Source: Lobosporangium transversale
Lineage: Eukaryota
Assembly (NCBI RefSeq): GCF_002105155.1
Contig: NW_019028980.1
Location: forward strand, 1,550,001 to 1,614,000
Length of the DNA: 64,000 nt
Reading direction: 5' to 3'
The notes beneath the pieces are model-generated. The model did no database searches, was not told where the DNA came from, and worked only from the letters and a program-made list of their open reading frames with translations. The stretch's first letter is position 1. Each line of letters begins with the position of its first letter. A program made the translations under genes and the position numbers. Shown here piece after piece: positions 14,486-27,529 of the stretch.

Positions 14486-14965
14486 GATGTTTAAAGAAAG
14501 TGTTGGTATTTGACAGCTATCTCAGCGGGTTCACTCTCTCGATCTCAAGATAAAAGAATATTATATTCCCGGTTTTTGTATTCTTTTTCTGGAGGAGCGT
14601 TTCTTCCTTGAGTATTTGCTGAAGAACGTTCTAAGGATGAGGAGGATGAGGCTAAGGAATGAAGAAAAAAGAAGTGACTAAAAAAGAGAAGAGAAGAGAG
14701 AGGCGGGAGAAATAGTAAAAAATAAATAAATAAATGATTGAGGGACAAACACCTTCCAGCAACAAACCAAATGGGACTGCTATCCATTGCCAGCCCAGGT
14801 TTGGAATATTTGGGCGAGATGCCTGACCCTTAACGTAAACAACATTTGCCCTGAGGAAGCCACAGGAGCCTTCCTCATTGGCGACTTAGGCATTAACACA
14901 TTAACATAGTCGGGCACTCCCATTCACCTTTTTGGACACACACATTTCACTATCCCTGCTTTACG

Positions 14966-15920
14966 ATGTCTCAAGCTATTGGAAAGGTGGGATGGAGGGA
15001 AATTACTACCTTTTATTTTATATTTTTTTGTAATGATACCCTCTTTCTTCAATCTTTTATTTATTTATTTATTATTATCCTTTTTTTTCTTTTTTCCTTT
15101 TTATCTTCTTATCTCATGGTAGACTGCATTGGCATACGCTAGGGTATGGCACCTTGTTGACGCCAAACAAAGGGTTCTTGGCCGCATGTCTGTTGGCATT
15201 GCAGAGACTCTAATGGGGAAACACAAGCCTATTTATGACCCTGCATGTATGTACTTATATTTCTTTTTTTTTTTTTTCTAAGCAAATGCCTTGAAAACAT
15301 AATGATGAGAAAGAGGACAGAAAACAGGAAACAGGAAGCAGGAAACAGGAAAGCAAGGCAGGAAAAGAGGAAAACAGGGAAAGCAGGAATACAGGAAAGC
15401 AGGAAAATAAGGAAGCAGTTTATTCTCCCGATCCTTATGTTCTTTCCTTTTGTGTTTCTTTTTCCTCCAACTGTACTTCATTCATCTGGCATCGTTTTTT
15501 TTTTTTTTTTTTTTTTCTGACGCGGCTCTTTTTTTTTTTTTTTTTTTTTCTTGATCCGATCTGCTTTTTATTTATTTAAAAATAATAATAGCCGACTGTG
15601 GAGATTATGTTGTAGTGATCAACGCCAAGAGTGTGATGACCACAGGAACGAAAGCCAAGAGTAAACTTTACAGACATCATTCTGGATACCCTGGAGGACT
15701 TAAAGAGATCACTTATGAGAACTTGATGAACAAGGATCCGGATGCGGTCATTCGTAAAGCAGTCTCTGGCATGTTACCCAAAAACCGTCTTCGTGAACCT
15801 AGATTGGCTCGGCTCTTTGTCTTTGAGGGCGAGGAACATCCTTATAAAGATAATATCGTCAAGCGATATGATGAGCTTGGAAAGGAAACTCGTCTGGATC
15901 CTTCAACAGTTGAGGCATAA
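14966..15920 (+). CDS. MRPL23: Mitochondrial ribosomal protein uL13m (exons 14966-14986, 15123-15246, 15592-15920)
   Basis: Spliced product reads [28 protein letters not shown]...[23 protein letters not shown]...[12 protein letters not shown]...[12 protein letters not shown], the L13 signature. Confidence 0.93.
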
Positions 15921-16199
15921 GGAAAAAAAAAAAAAGGAAAGAGTTTATATTTTGTGCATTATGGAAAATGGGAGTAAAAAAGAAACTTCTTAGTGTAATA
16001 GAATAAAGGATATTAAATTCATCATCATCATTGATATTATTAACAGTAACAACAACGTGCATTGGTAGCAGATCAGTGGAAACCAAAGTAGTAGCAAATG
16101 AGCAAAGCAACCCTTGATCTATATTATGTCCAACTTCTTTTTTCTCTATTTCTTTTTTTATTTTATTTTCTTCTTTTGCATTCCAGAGGGTTTCTTTTT

Positions 16200-16458
16200 T
16201 TATGATCGATTCCTTACTTCTGGGACTTGCTGCGACAATGCTCCAAAAGATGCTTCAGCCATGAAGCACAGACAATTTCTCAAATTAGTTACAAATCCTG
16301 TATCATTGTCTACTAACTGCACCAGATCAATAGTATGAAGTTGTTCCTTGATGGCAATAAAACGCAAGTTCAAGTTCTGACAGGTCAATGGGTATAACGG
16401 ACTATTGGTCATGCATACATATAATAGTCAAAGAGAAAGGTTAGCAAGAACTTACTTG

Positions 16459-16489
<31 letters not shown>

Positions 16490-19403
16490 GACACTATAAC
16501 AACGTGGAATTAATATGTGTAACGTTACCTCAATCGAATATTATTTTCAAGACAAATAATATCCGCCTCTGTTGTCTCATTGTCGACATGTCGGCGTAAC
16601 AGTTCGGATTCTTCCATGTATGGATCAATTGGCACGCTTTGAATGACTGCACGTTCACCACTAGGCAAGGGTGGTAACACTTTGGATCCTTGACTCGGGT
16701 CTCCTCCTTTAGCACGCTTCCTGTTAGGTACTACAAGTGTATAGCGACGGATATGGCGTGATCGATTGACAATGAAAATCTCTAGATTGAAAATCTTGCC
16801 TACAACCACTCTATCCGTCACTGGTTACATTGCAAAGGAAAAAAAAAAAAAAAAAAAAAAAACAAGAACCGTTACTTACTTGACCAAAATCAAATCAATT
16901 AAACAATCCAACAAACAAACAAACAAACAATAGTAAAATAGGCTTTACCTGCAAAGGATATAACAATGCCGTCGCCAGTATCTTGCTCTGCTCGCCCTTG
17001 TGTCACTTCAGTAAGTGCCTGTGATGCCAGATCCAAACCTAATCCAGGCGACATTGCATTTCCAGCGATGGTTGGGCGACCACTCTGTTGGGTGTTCCCA
17101 GGCACTGCCAAAGGCGCTTCATCTTCATCGCCCTCAGATTCACTTCCGGCGCCCCCATGCCCAATCACCGGAGAGCGGTAAGTAGATCCTTCTTGGACTG
17201 GGGCCAAACCACCCTGGTTATTTTCTGAAGGTCGACCATATCCCCAACCAAGACCACTCCTCCGATTGGCGCTGCTAAGAGCCGAATTAGTACCCCCTCC
17301 GCTTCCCCGTTGACCTTGGGGTGTATAATGTGCTGGAGTGCCATCTGAAACAACTGAAGAACGTCTTACACGCGATTCACGGTTGCTGTTATGTACAGGT
17401 GGAGAACCGCTGCTAGTGACACGTAGAGACATAGTTTTTTGTAACGAAGGATGCTGAGGTTGAGGACTTGAAGGCAAGGATCGATTCCTTTGATGAAGTT
17501 GATACTGGTGATGTTGTGAATTAGTTGGTGTCCCTGAGGAGCTATATGGCAATGATCCTGGAGGAGGCAACAGTCCAGAAGGATGTGATGGATGAGGCGC
17601 AAAAAGCTGTTTCTGTGATGGTCCTGCTCCTGGTCCTACTCCTACTCCTACTCCTACTCCTATTCCTGATGAAGCATTGTCTTGCTTTGTGATTTCCGAA
17701 ACATCCAAGAAACAATTCCAACGCGAATGAATTGTCTGCCCTTGAACACCGTCTACTTCTGGAACGCCTTGTAGAACGATTGTGACCTGACGTTGGGAAT
17801 CCTTTGGAAAAACTCCTGTCGGTACTAAACTCTCAGTCGAATGTCGATTATGTCCTCCAAAGGGTGTATTTCCAATAGCTGGACTGGTAGGATTCAATTC
17901 TGGATTTTCGAGTAATGAAACTGAAAACAAAAAAGTGACATGATCCGATGAATTCAAGACCATTGGAAGCTATCAAAAATTACAGTTAAAGCGAGAAAAA
18001 AGTCAGTTTTTTCTTTTTCATAGGATGTAAAATATAGTTTTTTTTTTTTTTTTTTTTTTACCTTTGTGAGCCCAGCAGAATCAAGAGGTGTGACAACTGC
18101 ATGAGTTACTTCCACATCCAGTTGAGTCGTTTTGAATTTTGCTCCATGTTCTGAATTGTTTTCAACTTCGATTGACATCATCAAGGGGTTTTCTGTAGGT
18201 GATACACGTGTGGTTCTCATTCGTACATTTAACGCGGAACGCACTGCAATGCTTCGACGTACACTTCTTCTCAATAGAGGCGCCATTGGAGGCGCTTGTA
18301 CCCTAGCACGAGGTGTATCTGGTCGATAGTGATGTTGGGGGGCCAGCGACGATGGGAAATTTGGATCTATTTTGTCGGTAGGTTAAGGATTAGTTTTTCC
18401 CTTTTCAAAAACAAGAAAAAAAAAAGGAGGGGCGCCTCGACTGGTTCTTATCCAACATTACCGTCAGACAGCCCTTCCAAGAGATTGACCATGTTGAAGC
18501 ACTCTACGTTGTACTGATCATCCAATGGTATCGCTGCTGGGACGACTTGATCTGTTGGACGATGCGAGACATGTGCGCTCAGCATAAGTACTGTGTTTGT
18601 TGCTTTGGTTTTCACAAAGGCTAGAGGTTTTAGATATACGCAAAACTGTCATGTCAATGCTGTGGTATAAGCAAATATTTATACATAATATAGGATGCAT
18701 CATTCGCTTTCATTCTTCCCTTTGAACTTACAAACTGGTACAGAAAATGGAAATATGGCAGTCCAAAGTCCATTAATGGGTCGAATCACAGGCTCTTTAC
18801 CAATCTCCAATGGATTATAAGTGTATGAATATAATAAAGTAGATTCCATGCGTCCTTGATCACCGCCTAGGGGGAGACGTCCTCCTCCACCATATGGACC
18901 GGGTGAACTAACAGACATTCGTTTATTGGTAGGACGTGAGAAGGGTCCATGTTGTCCTGGTCCTGATGAGGCTGCAGTTGCTAATGCAAGAGCATCGACA
19001 AAAGCTGCTTCTACCTGGATTTCTAGGGTTTGAAAGAATTCAGTGATTTGGCGTTCAGTTTCCTCATGTAAAGTTGACAGGTCATTCGGGAGAGAAATCT
19101 GTAAAAAGAACAAGACTGTCTCGTCTATTCACAATAATACGTTTAAAAAAAAAAAAAAAAAAAGTTATTTTGTGGTTAATCATTTCTTCTTGGTAATGTC
19201 TGCATCGCATTTGAATAAGATATAGGATGCTCTTTGCGAATTAAACAAGAAACAAAAAAGATGAGAAACGTGCCATAAAAGACATGAGTCCTGGGTTTTG
19301 CATGGATGATTAATTTGTAGTCCTCCTGAAGTGCTTCAATTTGTGCGTTTGGGATACGGATTTCCCAGTTTGAGTCGTTGAAGAGGGATTCCGAGGACCT
19401 CAT
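16200..19403 (-). CDS. TRS65: TRAPP-II complex subunit Trs65-like protein (multi-exon)
   Basis: A chain of minus-strand exon ORFs (19403, 19113, 18630, 18286, 17963, 16821, 16406). C-terminus DIICLENNIRL-SPLYPLTCQNLNLRFIAIKEQLHTIDLVQLVD resembles the Trs65 domain; N-terminal KPRTHVFY. Confidence 0.7.
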
Positions 19404-19740
19404 CCGCGCTTAATTCTGTTACAGGGCAGTCGAGGAGAGCTGGAAAACCAAAAAGACAGACAGTTGTTCCAAGGGATATGCAAATGCAAACGCAAATGCA
19501 GCTATAGCTTAAAGTGATGATGGACAAAAGTGGAAAAATGGGTGCGCGTGTAGTTATATCTTACAGCCTTGCCTCTCAATTGTGGCAACGCAGACAGTCA
19601 CTCACACTTTTTATCCAAAAGCGCTTTTTTTTTTTTTTTTTTTTTTTTCGTTCTCACATCAACATTCACTTCTTCATTATTCATCTTTATTCCCTCATTG
19701 TTGAAGGAGAAGTCGCTCTACCACCACCACTATCAACACC

Positions 19741-20213
19741 ATGACAGGTCCCATTCGGATTAGGGCGGCATTAGCGATTATAGCCCTCTGTTTCATTAGT
19801 CTTATTCTTGTGCCTTCATTCTTCCTCACCAGGTCTAAGGAATCGTTTTCTCTCAACAGCAGTCGTACTGGAAGCAACAGTGGTAGTCAAGGCAAACAAA
19901 GTGAAACCATATTTATCGACCCTTCCCTCAACTCTGGCGAGGTTATCATGCCTCAACTGGGAAACACCACAGCAAAGTACCGATCATTCTTCATCAATTT
20001 ATTTATTTTGTGTGTGATTACAATCGAGACCAGACCTTTTCTGGAACTAACGTCTTTTTGATTTTATAGAGCCGAATTAGGTCGAGCCACATGGAAGCTC
20101 ATTCACACAATGGCCTCAAGATACCCTATCAAGCCTAAACCGGATGAGAGGGCTGCTGTTAAACAATGGATTATGCTACTCTCGAGACTTTATCCTTGCG
20201 GTGAATGGTAGGC

Positions 20214-20244
<31 letters not shown>

Positions 20245-20626
20245 GCTATCTACCTCAACTTATTCAAATCCAACGCTCCCCAATCGTCCAACGAATGAAT
20301 ACTCTTTATTATTTTGTGATATCAATGGATCTGTATTCACTGTATCTCTTTTTTTTTTTTTTTTTTTTTGATTGTTTGAACCGTTTTCATTTTCCGGGGT
20401 TCTTTTTAATGCGTTCAGTGCGGATCACTTTCAACAGATGTTGAAGGAACATCCTCCACAGACATCCTCAAGAGCTGCACTGTCGAATTGGGCCTGCGCT
20501 GTCCATAACGTTGTCAATATACGCCTGGGGAAGCCAGAATTTGATTGCAGCACTCTAGCAGATGTATACAAGTGCGGTTGTGCTGATGAGTCGACGGAAG
20601 AGAAGGAAAAAGAAGACAATAGCTAA
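19741..20626 (+). CDS. ERV2: FAD-linked sulfhydryl oxidase Erv2 (3 exons)
   Basis: N-terminal TM anchor, AELGRATWKLIHTMASRYP, YPCGEC, WACAVHNVVNIRLGKPEFDC and a C-terminal CGC motif. Confidence 0.93.
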
Positions 20627-21337
20627 AAAGAAGCAAAGGAAGAAAAGAATAGAGAGGAACTGCTATTTCATGACCTCCAGAAGCCTCATGCTATAGTATA
20701 TTCGCCTTCGTCTGACTTTCATCCGGTATCCAACATTTTCACACTTCCGAATATCTTTATTTTTTTAACTCCTCTATCTAACGGCATCCTCCAAAGCCAA
20801 GACAAATCTTACGCTCCATAGAAAACCTTGATAACACATCTCAAGCTCTACACATTACTTCACCAATAACATACTAAAAAAATCAAAATGCTATGACACA
20901 GGGCAGAAACGCATGTAAAATAATATGATAAAACATAATATAAAGTGTATATAATAAAATAAAGGATTTAATTGATACTTTCTTTTTCAGCTAAAATATT
21001 ATCCAACTCATCTTTTCTACTTGTGCCACCCGAGAATAACCAATTGTTATAAAAGGCCCTTTTTTTTCTTGTTACAAGCTGAGAGGATACCAGCAAAGCA
21101 ATGGAACAGCAAAGTCAAGGAAACTAAAAAACCAAAGCTTATGGGTGCTTGCGAATAAGAATGATGATAATGTTTGTAAAGAACCAAAAAAAAAAAAAAA
21201 AAAAAAAAACTGCAGCAAATAATAAAGATACTGCCAGACTCTTCATCTATCTGCAGATGAACAGGCAGTCTAGAGAGCACTACAAGGAGGTGATCCGATG
21301 ATTGTATATCTTGGCCTGGGCCTACTGATCGCAAGGG

Positions 21338-22615
21338 CACTTCATTTGAGAACCAAACTCATCATTGAGTTTTCCTACACACACCTACCCGATGTTTAGT
21401 GACTAGTTTTGTGCTCGCCACCAATTTTGGCATGATGGGACATGTATCGATTGCTTTCGACAATGCGATCGATTTGGCTCGATCGGGTGAAATGTGCCAT
21501 AAAGCATTTGCAACACAACAGTGGATTCTGTCTAGATGCAATCCTGACTATCAAAAGAGCATGACTGTTTTGGAATGTCTTTCTCAGGGTCTATTTTTTA
21601 AGGTTGCAGCTCCAGTTTGAGTTCTTTCAGCCTTACCAAAAACAAGCAAACAAACAAACTCTATTAGGACATTAGGACAGGATGGAAAGCGAGCACAGAC
21701 CACGGTAGGAAAGAAAGAGGAAAAGGATTATCCAAGATTGTCAAGACAGAAAGGAAAGCAGAAGATGGAGCAGACAGAAATAAAAGCTTATTAGTATCCC
21801 AGCAGTATCAAGGTTCAAGAAGAATTAAATACGATCCATCCGCAAGAGAGGACTGTTTTCGAAATAAAAGGAAAAAAGTAAAAAAATGCCAAATTGCAAA
21901 GCACTTTCCAAATGAGAAAAAGGTCCCACAATGACTCGATGCTGTAAAAGGCTGGTGACAAAAGAAAAGAAAGCGAGTCACTATGCCTCTGAGAACGTAT
22001 AAAAGGGTCTCGCTTTCCTCTCTTTCTTGGCTCCTCACCGCAAAGCAGCAGGCAACTGTTCAACATGTATCCACGAATTGATTGGTGCAACTTTAGCCGA
22101 GTAGCTCATGATATGCGGGGAGTGGAGTTGAAGCTCGGAGGGGTCTGTCCTGTCGGGACCCAGGTAGATTTCCTCTGAGTCTGCGAACCAGGTGGGGGAC
22201 GCGCAACCAGACCACCTCCTCGTGGTGCGCCCTGGGCTGTCTGCTCTCAGTAGCAGGCAGGCGAAGAGTCTGGCACCTCTTTCTTATTCATCACATCATA
22301 TCTATGCTATTCACAACTACTTGTCAACACTGTGGTATTCATGGTAGACATGGCTATATGGTCATGTCTTTCATGATAAGGAAGACGCAACCCTTGCTCT
22401 TGCCTCCGAGTCTTGTCTTGGCAAGCGCGCCACCAAATTGAAACATACGCACTCATCAATAACATCTTCAGCCTTGTTCTGGCGTTTTTTTTTTCTTAAA
22501 GTCGCTGAATGGGCGCCTCCATTTCGACAATTCCATCGCAACATGCATCTTCAGCCATTGAACATTTCTGAATTAGTCCAATTGGTCGAAGACATGAGCA
22601 TTTATCTTGGTAAAA
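21338..22615 (+). repeat. Dispersed repeat: diverged direct copy of 49431-50630, partly present inverted at 56160-56812; the 3' end carries the start of an F-box pseudogene
   Basis: Shared blocks include cacttc.tttgagaaccaaa, gagaaaaaggtcccacaatgactcgatgctg, gcgcaaccagaccacctcctcgtggtgcgcc and atgcatcttcagccattgaacatttctgaattag. Confidence 0.8.
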
Positions 22616-22619
22616 ATTA

Positions 22620-23370
22620 ATTTCGAGAGCTAAAATTTACCTATCACTTAGCTAATAACGAAGTAAGCAGAAGCCCATGCATTAATGATCTTACTTCGGG
22701 CTGGGAAATCGTTCAATGAGGCAGACTTACGAGATGTCTGGATTCAGCGACTAGACCTTGGACATGTTATGTATATTTGGATTTATTCTGCTACAATAGG
22801 ACGATTTGGAGAAGATTAGCCTTTTATGTCATCCCAAATTCATTAGCCTTAAGATTGCCACCGAAAGAAAAGGTAGCCACAAATGGTGACGGCAAAAGCG
22901 TACAACTTTGGGATACCTGGCCAGGAAGCCGATCAGCGCACTTATTATATATGGTCTGTGGTATACTCGCCCAATAGCTATTAGATTGCATCACCTAGCC
23001 AGGCTGGAGCGATACATCTGTAGAATACAACACGGTATGGCCCATATGATCATACAAAGCTAATTATGCAAGTAATTACTCCGCCCATTGGGCGATACAT
23101 TGTATCGTCCAGTTTGGATGGTACGGTGCTTGTCTAGTTTTGCGAAGCATAGCGGAAGGCACCAAGTGTTCGCTTGAGAGTCAGTTATTTGCCTCTTGCA
23201 GGAAGCGGATGTCTATCTGCCCTTCAGAGTTTTCAATCAGGCCAAAATCTCCACGTTTCGGAGCCGCAAAATTAAAATTATGCCGTCTTGGTCTTTAATG
23301 CTTCAGCCATTGGCTATCAAATTGCCTATGGCTACATTAATGGAGACGTGTGTGTAAGAAACGCAGACAA
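22620..23370 (+). pseudogene. Decayed C-terminal part of a NACHT-type pentapeptide-WD40 (NLR-like) gene
   Basis: From 22673 reads AHALMILLRAGKSFNEADLRDVWIQRLDL. WD40 fragments follow with stops and frameshifts: VATNGDGKSVQLWDT, VVYSPNSY*IASPSQAGAIHL*N, PIGRYIVSSSLDGTVLV*, IGYQIAYGYINGDVCVRN. Confidence 0.7.
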
Positions 23371-24161
23371 GACAACTCACATATGCCCTGTAGGGAAACG
23401 TTAGTAATCTGCGATGTACCATCCTCATCTTCAGGCGACCTTATTTGAAGCGTAGCAAAGTAAGAGACATTTTTAAATACCGAGTTTTCATTGCTCCAGA
23501 GCTCTCGATTATTTTCACATTCTAACTCCCTTCGACTCTCATTTATGAATACATTTTCGCAGAATAAACGAAGCTTGTCAGATAATCTCCTTAATAACTT
23601 AATTCACTTAAAGATAGTTTTAGATCAACCCACCTTTGGCAGCGGAACGTTTCTCAATCCTTTCCCGGGCTCGCTGGGCTGATGTGATTGAGACCTCAAG
23701 CTCTTTAAGCACTTCTCTTGGTGGTTACTCGGTTTTAAGAGCACTTCAAGCAAGAATCTTTACCACCTTTACATCGCGCAACTTGACGCTTTACATAGTT
23801 TATCATTGCAGACAGTTATGTACAAAAGTTTTATTGAATTCAATGAATAGATTTTCAACAATGCTGACATGCGAGAAGCGCCTTGAAAGGAGAGAGGGCC
23901 AACATCGAAGAGTTAAAGAACAATGTTGTTTTGGCCACTTGGCTGACACAAGCTATGCATTGAAAATAAACCGCTTTCCTCAATTAACCCCACGCCATTT
24001 CAATTACCGAACCAGTCAATTAGCCCAAAAAAAAAAAAAAAAAAAAAAAGACCAAAGTTGGCCAGACAATTTGTATGTCCCTATAGGTATAAGACTCGAT
24101 TAATTTATAAAGGGTAAAAGCCGCGTTAGTCTTAAGTACTTCTGACACTACAAGAGCTCCT

Positions 24162-27019
24162 TCAATCCAATGAGATGCCCTCCAAATGCAGAGTATTCAA
24201 AGTAGCGTTAGCCTTGAGCGCCTCTGACAGTGCCATTGTCCCCTCATCCCCTATTGGGTTGCGCCACAAGCCCAAAGTGATCAAAGTCATGTTAACCTTG
24301 AGTGCTTCTGACAGCACTCGAGCTCCTTCGTTTCCAATGGAATTGTAACTTAAGTCCAGAGTCGCTAAAGTAGTGTTGGCCCTGAGTACCTCGGACAGAG
24401 TCAGAGCCCCTTCATCTTCAATTGAGTTAGACTGCAAATTCAAAGTAGTCAAAGTTATGTTGGTTTTAAGTGCCTTTGACAGCGTCAAAATCCCTTCCCT
24501 TCCAATTGAGCTTGCACTCAAGTCCATAGTGGTCAAAGTTGTGTTAGCCATAAGCGCCTCTGATAGCGCCAAAGCTCCCTTATCCCCAATTGAATTGTAT
24601 CTCAGGCTCAAGGTGGCCAAAGTTGCGTTGACTTTAAGTGCCTCTGACAGTACTAGAACTCCTTCCTTCCCAAATGAGTTCTCACTTAAATCTATAACGA
24701 TTAACGATGTGCTAACCTTTAGTGCCTCTGACAGCACCAGAGCTCCTTTCTTTCCGATTGAGTTGCCCTTTAAGTCCAAAATAGTCAAGGTAGTGTTGAT
24801 CTTGAGTACTTCTGAGAGTGCCAGAGTTCCTTCATCCCCAATTTTGTTGTACTGCAAATTCAAAGTCGTCAAAGTCTTGTTAGTCTCAAGCACCTCTGAC
24901 AACGCCAGAGCTCCTTCCTTCCCGATTGAATTGCACCACAAGCCCAAGGTAGTCAAAGTGGTGTTAGCCTTGAGCGCCTCCGATAGTACCACAGTCCCTT
25001 CATTCCCAAGCGAGTTGTTCTTCAAGTCCAAAATAGCCAATGCTGTGTTAGTCTTGAGTGAGCTTGCAAGCTCTAACAGCTCACTGGCTCCAACTGCTTG
25101 AGCGCTCGTCTCAAAGGTTAACTTATGAAGGCGCGACAATTTTCTGGGCCATAAATTGAGAAGTTTTATGAGGTCTGGGGATAGAACAATATAAATCGTT
25201 TTCATATTACTGAGCTCTATGACACGAATAACTGTTTCATATTGCCTGGATGTTGAAAGTACTTTCTTGAGGCTGCTTTCTTGAAGCCGTCCAAGTCCAA
25301 GTCGAAGAGTTGATACACTTGATACCGCCAAAGCATTCTCAAATGCTTCAAGGTCTGTCTCCGTCCAATCCCAGCCAAACGTGGCATATAGCTCGTAAAC
25401 ACGTCTTGCGTTGGTTAAGGCATTGAAGAACCTTTTAGCCCCGTCTTCTGATTTCAATGTGATAATCAATTTTCCAAGATGCGAGTCGTACTTGCCACTG
25501 TTCGTCTTCACTGCATATTCAAAAACTTTCTGTTCTTCTTCATTATACATCGAACGACAGTGATCGAAACATCTCCATTTGAGATGACCTGCTTCGGCCA
25601 TGATCCTGTACAGGTTGCCAAAGTGCCTGCCTAAATCATTAATTCGAAAAGACGCTCCCAGCTGTTGGAGATCAACTCCTTTAAGCCTTTCATAGCCATC
25701 GATTGTAGTAATGTTGCTCAAGTCTGGATCCTCCTTAGAGAGTGCTTCCATATAGTCGATTGAACAATCGATACCAGCATCCATCAAATTTGGGGATGGT
25801 GCCAGAGATGTAGACGAGGTCATTCCTAACTTGAGCCACTTTAAAAGGATAAACATGTGCTTTCCGTACTTGCGGAAGAATTCTGTGCTGCTTCGGATCT
25901 CATATCCATCATGTTTGGTGATATGGAGTGGCTTCTGACTATTCTTGCTTGTCATTGCAGTGTGATCTCCACATTCACATAGGAAATGAACACGAATTTT
26001 GTTCTTCAAGACATTCGTTGGATCCCACTTGGTGTGATCGACAGGTAGAATGATAAACAGTCGAGGAATTACGTATTCGTGGAGCTCAACGTTCTGCGTA
26101 AGGATAGCATGGACATACTTTTGAAGGTTAGCGAGCTTGTCAGGGCCTTGATGTTGTATTTTGTCATCCTTCTCTTTGGTTTCCACTTGCATTTTAGCCT
26201 TCTTCTCTTGCAGTTTAAGCATCTCACTTTCCTTCTCTTTAGTCTCCAATACCAGATTAGGCATCTTGTCTTTCAGTTTATGCAGCTCGCTGTCCTTTTC
26301 TTTGGTTTCCAACAGCAGATTAGCCACCTTGTCATCCTTCTCTTTGGCCTCCAAGAGCACATCTGCAACCTTCTCAAGGTTAGAGTTGATCACCTCGATA
26401 TATGCATTGTTGCGTGTAGTAAGGAACGGATTGAAAGAGTGAATCAAGTTTGATAATGGTAAAAGAGTATCCTGGGAGGCCTGCTTTGACGACTTTCCCA
26501 ATGTAGGCAAGTGGATGACGGTGTTGTGATTGCTGTTATTGCAGCTACAGTTGGTATTGTCAGTGTTGGTATTTGTGCTGGTGTTGGTGTCGATACTGGT
26601 GTTGCTGGTGTTGGCGTTGCTAGCTTCAGTGCTGCTGCTGCTGTTGTCACCGTTACCTAACTGCGGCGCTTCTGTAATGACATCCAGGATCTTGTAAGGA
26701 TAGAATCCAATGCATGGTGGCTCGACTCTAACAAGAAGACAGATATATGCCAGATTGAGCGTCTTCATTTATTTTTCAAAGATGGTTGATAAAGCACACC
26801 ATAATCAGTAGCATACCTGTTCCCATTAGGGTCTATGAGGAATGGAATAGGAAGTTCCTCCAGCTTGAATCGCTGTGCATCTGGAAACACATCCCGAATG
26901 TCTTGCAGACTCACATGGCAGGCTGAGTTGCCATTGCTTGCGAAGGTAGAAGCAATTCTGACACAAACTTTCTCAACTATGCCAGCCCTTCGGAATTGTT
27001 GGTATTGATGCTCTGTCAT
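24162..27019 (-). CDS. RNI-like LRR protein, copy A: header domain, coiled coil, Cys/His central domain, about 10.5 LRRs (exons 27019-26817, 26727-24162)
   Basis: Exon 1 MTEHQYQQFRR...FLIDPNGN splices through a phase-2 intron to the 868-aa ORF. The 28-aa repeats follow LxxLxLxxNxIGxEGAxALSEALKxN. Confidence 0.85.
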
Positions 27020-27529
27020 GTCGGTAATTACTCAATGGAATATTCATTTCTCTTTGATTAACGAATAATGAAGCCTCTCTCTCTTTTTATTTTTTTATTT
27101 TATTTTATTTATTTTTTATTTTTTTAATTTTACTTACTACATGTGCCTTTCCCTTGACTTCTGCAGCTCTTGATTAACAAGTGGTCTTAAGCCCTAGAGT
27201 TACTATTGAAAAGAACAAATAAAAGTCATATTTAGCACGTTACACTTAAGAGACGATTCAATGATACACCTTTGCCACCCCTTTCTCTTAGTAGACATTT
27301 AAAGTACAGTAGTACAGGAACAACGATAGGGACGTGTACAAAAGGACAAGCGTTCATACCTGTTGGTTCGAAATCTAGTAGAGACAGCCGATAGCTCAGT
27401 TTGTTTTCGTACTTTAGTTGAAAGGAGAGAACCAAAGAGTTTTTCGGTGAACTTAGAGCCGATTTATGGTTTTAGACGCTCTTGAGTATGATCAATATAC
27501 GGCTTCTTCATGAACGACATCCTGAAGAC

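Noticed and set aside
22315..22345. TCQHCGIH (CxxC) in the dispersed repeat, suggestive of a TnpB/Fanzor zinc ribbon
   Set aside because: No second CxxC, no RuvC D-E-D motifs or DxNAAxN, and no long ORF.
23400..23800. ORF 23636..24103 and LRR-like words (TSSSLSTSLGGYSV)
   Set aside because: Non-ATG start, no consistent repeat register, and weak similarity.
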